Assembly: GCA_963422375.2 (NCBI GenBank)
Contig: OY729428.2
Coordinates: forward strand, 1,888,001 to 1,952,000
Reading direction: 5' to 3'
Length of the DNA stretch: 64,000 bases
Source: Bryobacterales bacterium
Lineage (GTDB): Bacteria > Acidobacteriota > Terriglobia > Bryobacterales > UBA6623
Part shown: piece after piece, positions 31,610 to 43,427 of the stretch
How the letters are laid out: each line of letters starts with the position of its first letter
Position numbering within the stretch: position 1 is the stretch's first letter
Notes under the pieces: generated by a model
The model's database searches: none
Seen by the model: only the letters and a program-made list of their open reading frames with translations
Told to the model about the DNA's origin: nothing
Made by a program: the position numbers and the translations under genes

Positions 31610-34600
31610 TCACGATTCGCGGAGAACTGCGTTCGGGTCGACCCGTGACGCGCGCGTGGCGGGCAGGAACCCGGCGGCCGTCGCGACCGCGAGTAGCACG
31701 GCCGCCATGAGCAGGAAGTTGCCGACGGCGTCTGCCGGGCGGGATTCGAAGTGGTTCGCCAGCAAGCGGGACAAGGCGTAGGCGCCCATTGCTCCGATGG
31801 CGATACCGCCTGCGGTCACGCGCCAGCAGGAGCCCAGCACCGACGCAAGGAGAAGGGAGCGGTCCTCCCCGAGCGCCAGGCGCACGCCGAATTCGCGCCT
31901 TCGCCGTCCGACCGCATTGGAGACGACACCGTACAGGCCCACCGCGGTGGGCAGCATGGCGAGCAGCGACAGACTGCCGAGCAGCCGCACCAGAGTCCAC
32001 GAGCCCGACATGGCCTCGGCAAGTTCGCTCTCCATCGTGCCGAGCCTCGCGATGGGAAGCTCGGGCAGCACGTCCGCCACCGCCTCCCGGGCCGACGCGA
32101 GCAGCGCGGCCGGACTCCCGCGCGTGCGCACCAAGAACGACAGCGGCAGCCGGTTGTCGCGCCAGTTGCTCGGAGTCACTGCGGGCTGGCCTGCCTAGGG
32201 CACGAACAGCAGCGGCCCCGCGCCGTTTGCTAGGAACGATCCCTCCAGGAGCGCGTCCGCCACCACGCCTACGATCTCTGCCGACCAAGACTCCCACTCC
32301 CTCGTTGATCACGACGGTCTGTCCCAGCGGGTTCAAGTTGCCGGGGTAGGCTCGCGCGAATGCGCCGCTGACGATGGAGCCTTTTGCAAAATTCAGAAAA
32401 GAGGGCTGACCGCCCCATGAACGACTAGTTTCCGGGCTGTTATTCTCGCCGAAAAAGACCCCCTGCAGCTGGGCTTGCTCGGCTTCGGGGCGCTCCTGCG
32501 AGGAGCGGCCCGGTGCAGGCGCAGCTCTCCCGGCCCGGCCCTGCGGGCGGGCGCTCTGCCCGGCTGTCCCGGCGGCCCGGGCTCTCGGAGCGCCAGGCGC
32601 GGGAGCTGCTCCACCGTCAGCGCGAGCACGCCGAACAGGAGGTGGCACAGCACCTTGCCGCGGCCGCGGACGCGCACGTGGCGCCCGCCGCAATCGTCCT
32701 TCAGGCGGCCGTTGACACGCTCCACCGTCGAGCGCTCGCGGTAGCGCAGCTTGGCGGGATCCGCCCGCCCGGCGCTGCGCAGCGCCTTGGCCTCCCGTTC
32801 CAGATCCGCCTGCAGCTCCGTCCGGCCGCGCGGGTTGACAGCGATGAGCGGCACGTGCCCGAGCCGCTTGCTGAAGGCCCGGATCCCGGCCGCGTCGTAC
32901 GCGCTGTCCATCCGGTCGTACAGGTTGTCGACGCGGCCCGCGGTCCGTGTCGCCAGCGGGATCGCGGCCTGGCTGTCGTGCAGCGAAGCCGCGGTGAGCA
33001 GGCAGCTGACCGGGATCCCGCCGTCGATCGCGTCGATAGGCAGCTTGTAGCCGCGCCAGCTGACGGTACGGCCCTTGGCGTTGCGCTTGGTGCCGGTATC
33101 GCAGCCCTGCGGCAGGTCGTGCAGCATTGCTTCGAGATTCATGTCGGGCTGCCGCGCCAGTCGGCGCGGAGCGGGCGGCCGCTGCTCGCCCTTGCGAGGG
33201 CGCCCGCGCTTGCGTTTCGGCTGGGGTTCCGGCGCGGGCTTCCCGGCGGGCCGCTCGCGGCCCTCGCTGGCGGTCGAGTCGCGGGAGACGCGCCCTGCCA
33301 AGCGGCCGTCGAGCGTCCGCGCGAGCAGCGCCTCGTGCAAGCGTCCGGGCAGTTCGCCGGCGGCGAACTCGGCGAAGGCGCGCGAGAAGGCTGCCTCGCC
33401 GGGCACGGCCCCGGCCAGGTCCCGGCCGCACAGGCGGCGCAGGGTGCGATCGGTCTGCAGGCGCTCGACCAGCGAGCGCGTAGCGGGCTGGTCGAAGACG
33501 GCCTTGGCGATGCAGGCGCGCGCCATGGCGGCGCGGCTTGCGCGGGGGCGGCCGCGGCCGCCCTGCCCGACGGGCAGGCAGTCCTCGACCTGCGCCAGTT
33601 CCACCGCTTGAACGAAGCTGCGGCAGCGCTCGCCGAGGGGGCCGAGTTCCTGCTCGAGCCAGGGGAACAGCCCCTGCTGGAACGTGAACCAGTACGCGGA
33701 TACGGTTTCTATCAAGGACATATTCGTTGAATCCTGCCAGCTGCTTACTAGGCTTGCATTACAATAATAGCACGGAGGGCAAGGGATTGCCAGGAAACTC
33801 AAAACGCATGACAAGCCATTAAAACTACATTTACTACAGTTCTATTCCATTGATTATATCGAATACTTAATAGACTAACTAAATGATAATGCTATGAGCT
33901 CGGGATTTTTGCAAAAGGCTCGATGGCGACGCCCGCTCGGTCGGACGTCGTGAAGCGCCGGCCGCGAATCGGCGGAAACCCCAGCGCGCGGAAGTACGAG
34001 GGCGACACGGCCTGGATCCGCGAGAAGCGCTGGCCCATCTGGGGGCCCGCGGACTCCTCGACGGCCGTGCCGCGACAGCAGTGCGGGGGAGCCAGCGAGC
34101 AGAGGCCTACGGCGTCAACGCCCGGCAGGGCGGCAAGCCGCTCCGCGAGCTCGCTGGCCCACCGCTTCCACGATGGGGAGGATCGTCCATATGCGCCTGC
34201 CGCCGACCACCTCTCCCATTTGGGCGTACTGGTTTCGCGGCGACTCCAGTTGCACGAGCGCCAGCCGTTCCGAATCGAAGCCGAGTTCCGCGCGCTGGAT
34301 GCGCCTCAGCTCGCTGAGCAGCAGGCCGACGCCGACCAGCAAGGTCATGGCAAGGCCCGCTTCCATGAAAACCAGGGAGTCCCGCAGGAAGCTTCGGCCG
34401 CCCGCGATGCGCCCGGCCCCGCTCATGCGCGAGGTCAGGCGTGCCTGCGACTGGGCGACAGCCGGCAGGGTGCCGAACAGGATGCCGGTCCCTGCGCTGT
34501 CCGCCAGGGCGAATAGCAGCACCGGACCGTCGATCGAGAAGTCCTGCACGAACGCGGGCATGTCGGTCCATTCGGTGCGCGCCAGTATGCGGACCAACGG

Positions 34601-35574
34601 GCCCATGGAGATGCAGGGTGAGTCCTACGCCGGCCGCACCGCCCAACGCGGCTAGCAGCAGGCCTCGATCAGGAACTGGCGGACTAGGGCTCCGCGTCGC
34701 GTGCCGAGAGCCGAGCGGATGGCGACCTCCTCAATGCGCGTCGAACGCCTGCCGAGCATCAGGCCCGCCACGTTGCTGCAGGCGATCGGAAGCCCGCAGC
34801 CCGCAGCGAGCCAGACAATGTACAGCCCGGATTCGCTGGCGGCGGCGAGGGTATCGCTCAGCGGCTGCAGCACGACCGCGCGGTGCTCGTTCGTCTGCCT
34901 GTACTGCTCGCGGTTCCTGGCTGCGACGATCTCGAGACGCGCCCGGGCCTCCTCGACGGTCACGGAGGGATCCAGGCGAGCGATGACGCTGAGCCAAGTG
35001 ATCTGGCGCCCGTGCGACTCCACCGCCCCTTCTTGGGAGAAGGGGACCCACAGCTTGGGGCGGGGCTCTCGACGTGGAAGTCCGCAGGCAGCAGGCCCAC
35101 GATTTCGGGATCGCCTCCGAACCGCTGCATCCAGAAGCCGTGGGTCAGCAAGACGACCCGCCGGGCGCCCGGCTGGACTCGCAGGAGCGGCAAGAGCGAG
35201 GATGACATGCGCTCGCCGAGAACCCTCTGCGGCTCGGCGTCCAGCCCGCTGACGTTGAACCGACGGCGCGGACGGAAGTAGCCGAGCCCGGAAAACACTC
35301 CGTCCTGCTGTCGCCAGTCGAGCATGTCGGGGCAGGATGATGGGAAGGGCCGCCCGGACGAGTCGCGCAGGTCCCGCGTCCAGATCGAAACGAGCCGGTC
35401 CGGCTGGTCAATCGGGGCCGCCTGCCACAGCGTGGACTTGACCAGCGTGAAGATCGCCGTGTTGGGTCCGATTCCGAGCTCCAGCGTCGCAGCCACGACC
35501 GCGACGAACATCGGAGCGCGTCAGAGAACGCGTATGGCGTAGCGGAGGTCCTGCAGCAGGCTCGCCAGGGTCAC
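31610..35574 (-). pseudogene. ADOP/MacB-like duplicated ABC permease, fragmented and IS-interrupted
   Basis: GTG 35574 ..LLQDLRYAIRVL*, then fragments LGIGPNTAIFTLV, IACSNVAGL..E.AIRSALG, LLVGVGLL, AVGLYGVVS..V..RRREFGVRLALG, PA.RASRVDP in different frames with stops. Confidence 0.9.
32377..33921 (-). mobile_element. IS1182/IS5-like DDE insertion sequence (transposase ATG 33721, apparent stop loss)
   Basis: IRs GAGCCTTTTGCAAAA. 4-bp TSD GATG at 32373-32376 and 33922-33925. Motifs QQGLFP, LRRLCG, SRDSTA, W.GYKL, ASLHDSQ.AIPL, MDSAYD, RSTVERVN.RLKD. Confidence 0.88.
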
Positions 35575-35686
35575 TCGGGGCCGGGGACCGCCTCTCGCCC
35601 GCCGGGGCCCTACAATCTTCCCGGCGTACTCCAGCGCGCGTGTCCCCGGGGAGCGGATCCGTCGGCGGGACCCGCGCTGGAGCGAC

Positions 35687-37033
35687 TCAGCGGTTGGCCT
35701 TCGTGTCCTCCAGCCAGGCCTCGAACTCCTGCCACAGGCGCCGGGCGACCTCCGGTCTGCCGCTCGCTACGTCCGTGGTCTCGACATGGTCGACCGACAG
35801 GTCGTAGAGCTCGATCGGCCCGTCTGCCACCGGGCGGACCAGCTTCCAGCGGCCTTGTCGCATCCCGCTCGCCTCGCGGTAGCGGAAGAAAAGGCTGTGA
35901 TGCGGCGAGGGAGCTCCGTCGCGGAGCACGGCTAGAGGATCCCGTCCGTCGATCACGCGATCCTCGGGCATTTCGATCCCTGCCGCGTGCAAAGCCAGGA
36001 CGAACAAATCCATGTTCGACAGCGGCTCGCGCACGACGGAATGCTCCGGAATCCTCCCGGGCCACCGCAGGATGCAGGGCGTGCGCACACCTCCTTCGTA
36101 GACTGTCGTGCGTCCGTCGCGGAACGGCGCGTTGGACGCGACTTCGAGAGCGGGCTTCCGCGGGCCGACCCAGGCGCCGTTGTCGGAAGCGAGGACGACA
36201 AGCGTCGATTCGGCCAGCCCCTGGATGTTGAGTTGGTCGAGAATGCGCCCGACCCCCGCGTCGAGCGCCGTCATGACGGCGCGATAGCCGTGCTCGGCGA
36301 CTTCCGTGTCCGGGGCGTAGCCGTACAGGCGGAAGAATTCCGCCGGCGCCTGCCAGCGGAAGGGCTGCCCGGGGGCCTTGTTCCTAGGGTTGGGATAGTG
36401 CGCTGCGTTGAATGGCACGTAGGCGAGAAACGGGCGACCCGCGTTTCGGCGAATGAAGTCGCAAGCCGCGTCGGCGAAGATGTCCGTCGTGTAGCCCTCG
36501 ATCCTTGCCGGATCCGCGCCGACGTACATGTCGTGGCGACCGTTGTAGGAATGGGTGAAGTAGTCGCAGTTGCCCGAAATGCAGCCGATGTACTCGTCGA
36601 AGCCGCGATCGGTCGGCCTGCTCCCGACCGCGAATCCGATGTTCCACTTGCCGAAAGCGCCCGTCGCGTACCCGCGCTCTTTCAGATATTCCGGCAGGAT
36701 CTTCTCGCGATGGGGCAGTCCGACGCCGGTCCAGTTCTCCTGCGCGGACAGCTGCTGGGTCAGGCCGTTCCGTCGGGGGTAGCGGCCGGTCAGGAGCGCG
36801 CCGCGGGAAGGCGAGCAGGAAGACGAAGGGATGTAGAAGTCGGTGAGCTTGGCGCCTTGGGCGGCGAGCCGGTCGATGTTCGGCGTCTTGATGACGGGGT
36901 TTCCGTAACAGGCCAGATCACCCCATCCGACATTGTCGATGTAGATCAGGACGACGTTCGCCTCTCTCTCGTCCTGCGCCGGGGCGTGCGCGGCGAGGCA
37001 GGCTCCCAAGGCGGTCGCTAGCAGTCGGCTCAC
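35687..37033 (-). CDS. Arylsulfatase-family sulfatase (Cys-type)
   Basis: Signal peptide, CSPSRGALLTG (CxPxR), GKW, SDNG, YEGGVRTP, ELYDL..D. Confidence 0.93.
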   Translation of the reverse strand: MSRLLATALGACLAAHAPAQDEREANVVLIYIDNVGWGDLACYGNPVIKTPNIDRLAAQGAKLTDFYIPSSSCSPSRGALLTGRYPRRNGLTQQLSAQENWTGVGLPHREKILPEYLKERGYATGAFGKWNIGFAVGSRPTDRGFDEYIGCISGNCDYFTHSYNGRHDMYVGADPARIEGYTTDIFADAACDFIRRNAGRPFLAYVPFNAAHYPNPRNKAPGQPFRWQAPAEFFRLYGYAPDTEVAEHGYRAVMTALDAGVGRILDQLNIQGLAESTLVVLASDNGAWVGPRKPALEVASNAPFRDGRTTVYEGGVRTPCILRWPGRIPEHSVVREPLSNMDLFVLALHAAGIEMPEDRVIDGRDPLAVLRDGAPSPHHSLFFRYREASGMRQGRWKLVRPVADGPIELYDLSVDHVETTDVASGRPEVARRLWQEFEAWLEDTKANR

Positions 37034-37378
37034 GCTGGCACTCTACTACACGCTGGCCGGGCATCCCGAGGCGCGCCAGCGCGCGACCCGTGGTTCTAGC
37101 CGCAACCGGCGGTATCGCTGCCGCCCCGCCGTGCGCTCCGGGCGCTGTTGCCTGCCCGCAAGGCAAATCGGTCAATCCCGGGGTCCGCGACGGCACGCCG
37201 AGCGGGACTTGAATCGCCCGGGAGCTCGGCACTGTCGCGAGCACGCCTCGCGACGAATTCGGCTGGACCGGGTCCGTTGGGATCCGGTCCAGCCCGAAAT
37301 CACCCGACCGAGGCCCTGCTCCCGCCGGATTCCGGCGGGAGCAGGGCCCGGCGGCGGCCCGAACGGCTCGGGGCGCCG

Positions 37379-40300
37379 CTAGAAGTACAGCTTCAGGCCC
37401 AGCTGCCCGATACGGGCCGCTTCCGCTGCCGTGATGTTGCCGAAATTATTGTTGCCGAAGCTCGTGTTCGGCCGAAGGAACACCGTGTTGTTGAAGAAGT
37501 TGAAGAACTCCGCCCTCAACTGCAGCCGCACCCGTTCGCTGAACGGAAAGTCCTTCAGGATCGACACGTCCCAGTTGATGTAATCCGGCTCGCGGGCGTC
37601 CGGAAGGAAGTTCCCCATGTTGCCGAAGGTGAAGTCCGGCGGCTGCTCGAACGCGTCGGCGTTGAAGTAGGGCTTGCCCCCGAACCGCCCGCCCAGCCGC
37701 TCGGTGACATTGCCTGCGGTCTCTGGCAGCTGCCCGAGCACACGGTTCGGCGTCTGGCGTCCGCCGAAGGCGTTGAGGTTGTTGAACCGCGAGGTGATAC
37801 CGACAGGCAGCCCGCTCTGCATCGTGGTGACGCCGCTGATGTTCCAGCCGCCGAGAACTTGGTTGACCCAACCGCCCCGGTTGAGCAGGCGCCGTCCCTT
37901 GCCGAACGGCAGGTCGTACTGGTAGTTGATGACGAGCCGGTGCGCGACGTCCAGGCCCGAGAGGGTCCGGTCCAGGCGCTTGTCGTAGTGGTTCGTGTAT
38001 CCGGGATTCTGCGCGCCCAGGAAGCCGGCCACGGAACTCACGTCGTCGATCATCTTCGACCACGTGTACGCGCCCAGCAGCTGCAGGCCCCCGGCGTAGC
38101 GCTTGCGCATCTTCACCTGCAGCGCGTGATAGCTGGAATGGAACTCGTAGCCACGAGGTGTGTTGAGACCTGAGTAGTGCGGATACGGGCGAAGGAGTTG
38201 GCCAACGGCGATCGTCTGTCGGCCCAGCCCTAAGTTGCTGGGGATAACCCCGAAGAAGGGATTGTCCACCCGGTCGTTGAGCCGGTCGCCCATCGACTGG
38301 TACTGGTTCGGCAGCTGGTTGAACTGAACGCCTGTGCCGAGCAGCTTGACCCCGGAGTTGCCGGCGTAGGCCACGTCGATCAGCCAGCTCTCCGGCAGCT
38401 CGTACTGGACATTGAAGTTCCACTGGATCGAGTACGGCGTGCGGTCCGTCCGTACGATGGCGGCCGGTCCCTGCCCGAGAAACGTCGCCGACCCCTCGGC
38501 GCCGTTCGACGGAGCGACGAAGCCTAGGGGGAATGGATCCGCTATATCCGCGAAGGGCGTGCGCCCGCCGTCTTGGCTGCCGATGACGGGCGAGATGGCG
38601 TTGAAGCTCACCGCGCCGACGGTGGAGGTACCCGGCCCGAACCCTGTAGTGGGGTTGTAGAAGAAGCCGGCCCCGGTGCGGATGACGAGCTTGTCAGTCA
38701 GCTTGTAGGCCAGCCCGAGGCGAGGCGCGACGTTGTTGTTGTCGTAATTCTTGATGTGCCGGGGCTTGCCGCCGACGCCGGCGAACTCGAGGCCGCCCAG
38801 CACCTGGCGCTCCATGCCCGCGGTGTCGATCGCGAGCTCGGGCTGCTGCAGGTTGAAATCGAACCAGCTGGCTCGGTTGTACCGCTCGGTGATCGGACGG
38901 TCCTGGTCCCACCGCAGCCCGACGTTCAGCGTCAGCCGGTCGGAGACTTTCCAGTCGTCCTGAAGGTAGAAGCCCCAGTAGGGCGTCTGCTGCGAGAGCG
39001 ACGGCTCGAAGCGCATCCGGCCGCCGTTCATCAATCCGAGCAGCATGCTGGCGACAGAGTTCCCCTCCTGACCGCGGTTGAAGCGCTCGCGCGTCCAGTT
39101 GCGGTTGAACTGGAAGAAGCCCGCCGGGTCGGCCGGCCGGTGATTCGACACGCGGTTGAGGCGGAACACGCCGCCGAACTTGATCGTGTGGTCACCGAAC
39201 AGCCGCGACATGTCGCCCACCCAGGTGTGCGACTCGAACTTGTTGCCGATGTACCAGAACGCGTTGTTGCCCATCTGCTGGAAGTCAGCGACCTGGACGC
39301 GCGGGAAGACCGGGAACTGGGCCTGGCCGTCGAGGGCGGACGGGAGCCCCAGAGACGAGAGGGCGACGTCCTCCTCGATGTAGCGCCGGGGGTTTGCGTG
39401 GTAGGAGTAGCCGTAGTTGCCGTGCATGACCCAGCCGTTCCAGAGGTAGGTGTCGTCCAGCGTGTACGAGCGGTTGATCGAGCCGTTCCATCCCGAGCCC
39501 GGGGACGCAATGCTGTTCCAGCGGCTCGGCAGGGTGTTGAGCGTCTTGTTGAGCGAGACGCGCACGAACAGATTGTTGCGCTCGGTGACGCGGTAGTCCA
39601 CCTTCGACGACGTGTCCCAGGTGTTCGGTCGTGCGCCGAGCTGCGAGAAGAAGTTGTTGCGGATTCCGGGGGCCGTGGGTTCCGGGTAGTACGACAGAAA
39701 CTTGAGCGCCGTGGCGTTGTGGCGGTCTGCGGGAACCTGGTTGTTAGGGAACGGGTCGCGGGTGCCGTCGCCCTTGATCGTCAGCGGGTCGTGGACGATG
39801 CGGTTGTCCTCGCCGAAGTCGCCCCGCTTCATCCGCGGTGTCGGCACCGACTGCGTGACCGAGGCGGGATTCACCTGCCTGCGGAACTCGACGCTCTGGA
39901 AGAAGAAGAGGCGCTGCCGCGAGCCCGACAGCGGGCCTCCCAGCGTGCCCCCGAACTGGTTGAACCGGAACGGCGCCCGATCGCGTCCGTTGGCGTTGGC
40001 GAACCAGTTGTTGGCTTGGAGCTTGTCGTTGCGGAGGAATTCGTACAGCACGCCGTGGAACTCACTGCCGCCGGACCGCGTGACCATGTTGACCACCGCG
40101 CCTGCCGTCCGGCCGTACTCGGCGGAGAACGCGTTGGTCTGGACCTTGAACTCCTGCAGGGTGTCGGGGGAAGGGATGTACGACGGCTGGTTGTACCCCA
40201 TGACCTCCTGCGATGAGCCGTCGAGCATGATCGAGTTGGCCACGTTGCGGCCGCCGTTGGCCGAGAACGCGACCGCGGAGATCGATCCGTTCCCGCTTGT

Positions 40301-40828
40301 AGAATTGCGGAAGTTGCGCGTCGTGTTGATGCCCGGCGTGAGTCCAATCAGCTGCAGGACGTTCCGTCCGTTCAGCGGGAGGGACTCGGCGGTGCGGGAA
40401 TTGACCACCTCGCCGAGGTCCGACGTGGCGGTCGCCAGCAGAGGCGCCTCTGCCGTGATCTCGACCGTCTCGGTCACCTCGCCCACCTCGAGCGGGATGT
40501 CGATCTCGGCAACTTGCGCGACCTGCAGGATGAAGCTTGGACGGATGTAGCGCTTGAAGCCGTCCGCGGCGACCTCCAGGGAATAGCTTCCCGGCGGGAT
40601 TTGCTGGAAGACGTATGCGCCCACCGCATTGGATTCCGCGCTCCATGGGCGGTTCTGGTCCACGTGCGTCAGCGTGAGCGTGGCGCCCGGGATCACCGCG
40701 CCGGTGGAGTCGGTGACTGCCCCGCGCACGGTGGCTGTCTGAGTCTGGGCGGACGCCGGCTCGACAGCGAGCGCGGATGCCAGCAGGGTGGCAAGCAGCC
40801 ATCCCGAGAGGTTAGAAATTGATCGCAT
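37379..40828 (-). CDS. TonB-dependent receptor
   Basis: Signal peptide, G.VTDSTGAVIPGA, LPLNGRN, EFKVQTNAFSAEYGR, YLQDDWKV, C-terminal RIGQLGLKLYF. Confidence 0.95.
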   Translation of the reverse strand: MRSISNLSGWLLATLLASALAVEPASAQTQTATVRGAVTDSTGAVIPGATLTLTHVDQNRPWSAESNAVGAYVFQQIPPGSYSLEVAADGFKRYIRPSFILQVAQVAEIDIPLEVGEVTETVEITAEAPLLATATSDLGEVVNSRTAESLPLNGRNVLQLIGLTPGINTTRNFRNSTSGNGSISAVAFSANGGRNVANSIMLDGSSQEVMGYNQPSYIPSPDTLQEFKVQTNAFSAEYGRTAGAVVNMVTRSGGSEFHGVLYEFLRNDKLQANNWFANANGRDRAPFRFNQFGGTLGGPLSGSRQRLFFFQSVEFRRQVNPASVTQSVPTPRMKRGDFGEDNRIVHDPLTIKGDGTRDPFPNNQVPADRHNATALKFLSYYPEPTAPGIRNNFFSQLGARPNTWDTSSKVDYRVTERNNLFVRVSLNKTLNTLPSRWNSIASPGSGWNGSINRSYTLDDTYLWNGWVMHGNYGYSYHANPRRYIEEDVALSSLGLPSALDGQAQFPVFPRVQVADFQQMGNNAFWYIGNKFESHTWVGDMSRLFGDHTIKFGGVFRLNRVSNHRPADPAGFFQFNRNWTRERFNRGQEGNSVASMLLGLMNGGRMRFEPSLSQQTPYWGFYLQDDWKVSDRLTLNVGLRWDQDRPITERYNRASWFDFNLQQPELAIDTAGMERQVLGGLEFAGVGGKPRHIKNYDNNNVAPRLGLAYKLTDKLVIRTGAGFFYNPTTGFGPGTSTVGAVSFNAISPVIGSQDGGRTPFADIADPFPLGFVAPSNGAEGSATFLGQGPAAIVRTDRTPYSIQWNFNVQYELPESWLIDVAYAGNSGVKLLGTGVQFNQLPNQYQSMGDRLNDRVDNPFFGVIPSNLGLGRQTIAVGQLLRPYPHYSGLNTPRGYEFHSSYHALQVKMRKRYAGGLQLLGAYTWSKMIDDVSSVAGFLGAQNPGYTNHYDKRLDRTLSGLDVAHRLVINYQYDLPFGKGRRLLNRGGWVNQVLGGWNISGVTTMQSGLPVGITSRFNNLNAFGGRQTPNRVLGQLPETAGNVTERLGGRFGGKPYFNADAFEQPPDFTFGNMGNFLPDAREPDYINWDVSILKDFPFSERVRLQLRAEFFNFFNNTVFLRPNTSFGNNNFGNITAAEAARIGQLGLKLYF

Positions 40829-41509
40829 GATAGCCCCCAAGTCCGGTAGCACCGGCAATACATCAATTCGGGCCGGCGGGAACCCCAATATCCCGCGCCA
40901 AGCCCCCCAACGCGACCATTGTAGGATGCCTCGCGGGTCATGTCAACGGGAAACGCCGGCCGCCCGTCACCGCTTGGCCCGGTCTTGTGCGTGACACGGG
41001 CGGACCATTCCCCGAGGGCCGAACGCGGGGCCTAGGCCACATTGCGCCGCCAGCGAAGGCAGTGACCGGAGGCCCTTGGCGGCTTCGGGGCGGCTTCCCC
41101 GGCGCGCGGACGCCACACCTTCTCCGACGACTCCGTCTGGCATGCGCTCAGCCGTGCCCGTGGGCCAAGGTTGACTGGCGCTTGGCGCGAATCGGCACGG
41201 AGGTGCCCCGCCATTGGGTGTCAAGCGCCGGGAGTGAGGAGTTTACTCGCCGAGTCAGGGCTGCAAGGAGGGGGTCCGCCTTGCAGGACTCCGCGGCAGT
41301 CTCGCGCCGCACCTACCGTGTCCGCGAGTGGACTCGAGCGAACCCGGAGCGAGCCTGCCTCTCGCGGCGGACAGGCCTGGAATGCCCTCTCGATGTCAAT
41401 TGGGTTGGCCTATCCGCAGCGACTAGCGCGCGAATCGGTCCTCGGGCTGGCGGCCCGGTTCGGATCGCGGCAGCGGCGCGCCGCCACGCGCCCTGCTACC
41501 CCGGCACCG

Positions 41510-41836
41510 TCAGCCCTTGCAGAGATCCGAGTCCTTGCAGAGCACGGCGGACTCGACGGTCTTGATCGCCTCGCCCTCGACCTTGCCGGTGACCGCGACC
41601 ATCTCGCCAGCGAACTTCCTCACCCTCTCCTGCTCGGAGATCGAGTAGATCCGCCCGTCTTCTGTCACGAGCACAGCTGTCGCCCCGCCGTTCACGCAGT
41701 TCTTCGCGCAATCCGGGTTGCGGGCCTCGCCCTTCCGGGCGCATCCCTCGTCGGAAATGTAGCCGGTCAGCGTGGCACCGAGGCATAGACCGCTGGCCAG
41801 CAGCGCCAGAGCCAGCAGCGTTGCGATTCGTCTCAT
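41510..41836 (-). CDS. Small secreted Cys-containing hypothetical protein (possibly OB-fold)
   Basis: GGAGAA RBS, signal peptide, TLTGYISD..C......CAKNCV.GG..V.VTGKV. Confidence 0.8.
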   Translation of the reverse strand: MRRIATLLALALLASGLCLGATLTGYISDEGCARKGEARNPDCAKNCVNGGATAVLVTEDGRIYSISEQERVRKFAGEMVAVTGKVEGEAIKTVESAVLCKDSDLCKG

Positions 41837-42071
41837 CGAGGTTCTCCTTCGTGGATTCGGGGCCCAGATCTGCCCTGGTGCCTTGATCGTAGCCGGTCGC
41901 GGCCTCGGAAGTCAAACTCGCGGGCGCGCGGCGAGCGCTGGGGCGGGATCGACCAGTTGCTTCGGATGTGTCCTGTCGCGCGGGGCCGCCACGATACCTC
42001 AGCGGCGCGGCTTCCTCCTAGAGCAGTAGCGGGTTGCCCTCCATACTCTGCGGATCGGCCGTCTCCGCGAG

Positions 42072-43412
42072 TCAGTCGTCGAGAAGGCGGCGCAAGGTGC
42101 CGAATGGTCTCGGAATGGCGCGGGTCCCCCGCCAGATCTTACTGCTCGTGACGGTCGTCTCGCACGAAGTAGAGCTCCTCCGAAGGCCGCCGTCCGCACC
42201 GTTCGACGATCGCCCGCGCCTCCCGATCGGTCTCGGCCGCATCCTTCTATGAAGGCCGGCAGAATCGGTCCGACCGGGGAGTGCCTCGATTGATGTGCGA
42301 GGCGAACTGGAACTCGGGGCGCAGGTTGCGGATGGACTTCCACGCTGCCGTTCGTGCAGCGCGCGTTGGATGGACGTTGAAGTCGCCGTCCCCGGTAAGC
42401 GTGGCGTAGAGCACCTCCCGGTGGCTGTTGGATGCGCCCCGGAGGACCGGCCGTCGATCCCCGACCGATTCGCCCCGCCTCCAGCCTCGACCGGCGTCGA
42501 CAGGATGTCGATCCGCTGGACCATCGACTTGGTGCGGGTTCCGCGGCGGGTGCCCCCCGGCCAGACGGCAATCATGGGCGTTCGGATGCCCGCGTGGTAG
42601 AGATTCCCCTTTTCCACACAGCATCTGGAGCCCGTGGTCACAAGTGTGCAGGAAGGGCGGGTCGTCGGCGAACTTCGCGCGGGCCGCGTCGTAGACCTGG
42701 CCCAGTTCGCCATCCTTGTTCGCGACAGCCGCCTAGTAGCGTATCCGCCCCACTCGCGTGAATGGCGCGTCGACGTGCGTCGGGGGAGGTAGCACCGCTG
42801 CCGGGCGGCACCGATTGTGCTCCGCGGGCCACGTCACGTAACGCCAGTTCGACCCGACGAAGAGGCGGAGCGCCGGTTGCCGTCGCAACCGGCCAGATAA
42901 CGGAGCGTCGCCGGTATCGCAGCGTGCTTGTGGGTTCCGGCGTGCGCCAAGTGCTCGAGTCCGTAGTCCGAGGTGTGCTCGTAGTGCGAGATCTTGCCGA
43001 CCGCGACGACCGTGCAGCCGAGTTGTTGCAGATGCGACGGCACCTTGCGCAACTCACTTCGCGGCGTGGCATGGTTCGCCTCGGCTCCGTTTCTGGACGG
43101 GTGCCGCCCGGTCAGCAGGGCCGCGCGCCTCGGCGCGCAGGCTGGCGAGTTCACCTAGGCGCGCTCGAACAGCAGTCCGTCTGCCGCCAAGTGCGCCATC
43201 TTGGGCGTCCGGACATCCCCTGCGCCGTAGGCGGAGCTGTTGATCGCTCCGTGGTCGTCGGAATGAATGATCGCCAGATGGGATGCCTTGCCGGGGCGGC
43301 GGACGGAAGGACCGCAAGGCACGGGACAGCGAAGGCGAGTAGGTGGGTTTCCTGCCGGGTCTGCTCGGGTCGGCCAGCCCGGTGTCGAACTTGGCAGCTC
43401 GGCGCTTGGCAA
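42072..43412 (-). pseudogene. Decayed sulfatase
   Basis: Fragments SDDH..YG..VRTP..LAADG..FERA*, CAPRRAALLTG, VGKISH, KGNLY.AGIRTPM...WPG across several frames with stops. Limits approximate. Confidence 0.8.
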
Positions 43413-43427
43413 GGGCTGCCCGGAACA

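Noticed and set aside
30306..33431. 1041-aa ORF as a single protein
   Set aside because: Chance open frame running through an IS and a pseudogene. Only 30306-31499 encodes a recognisable hydrolase.
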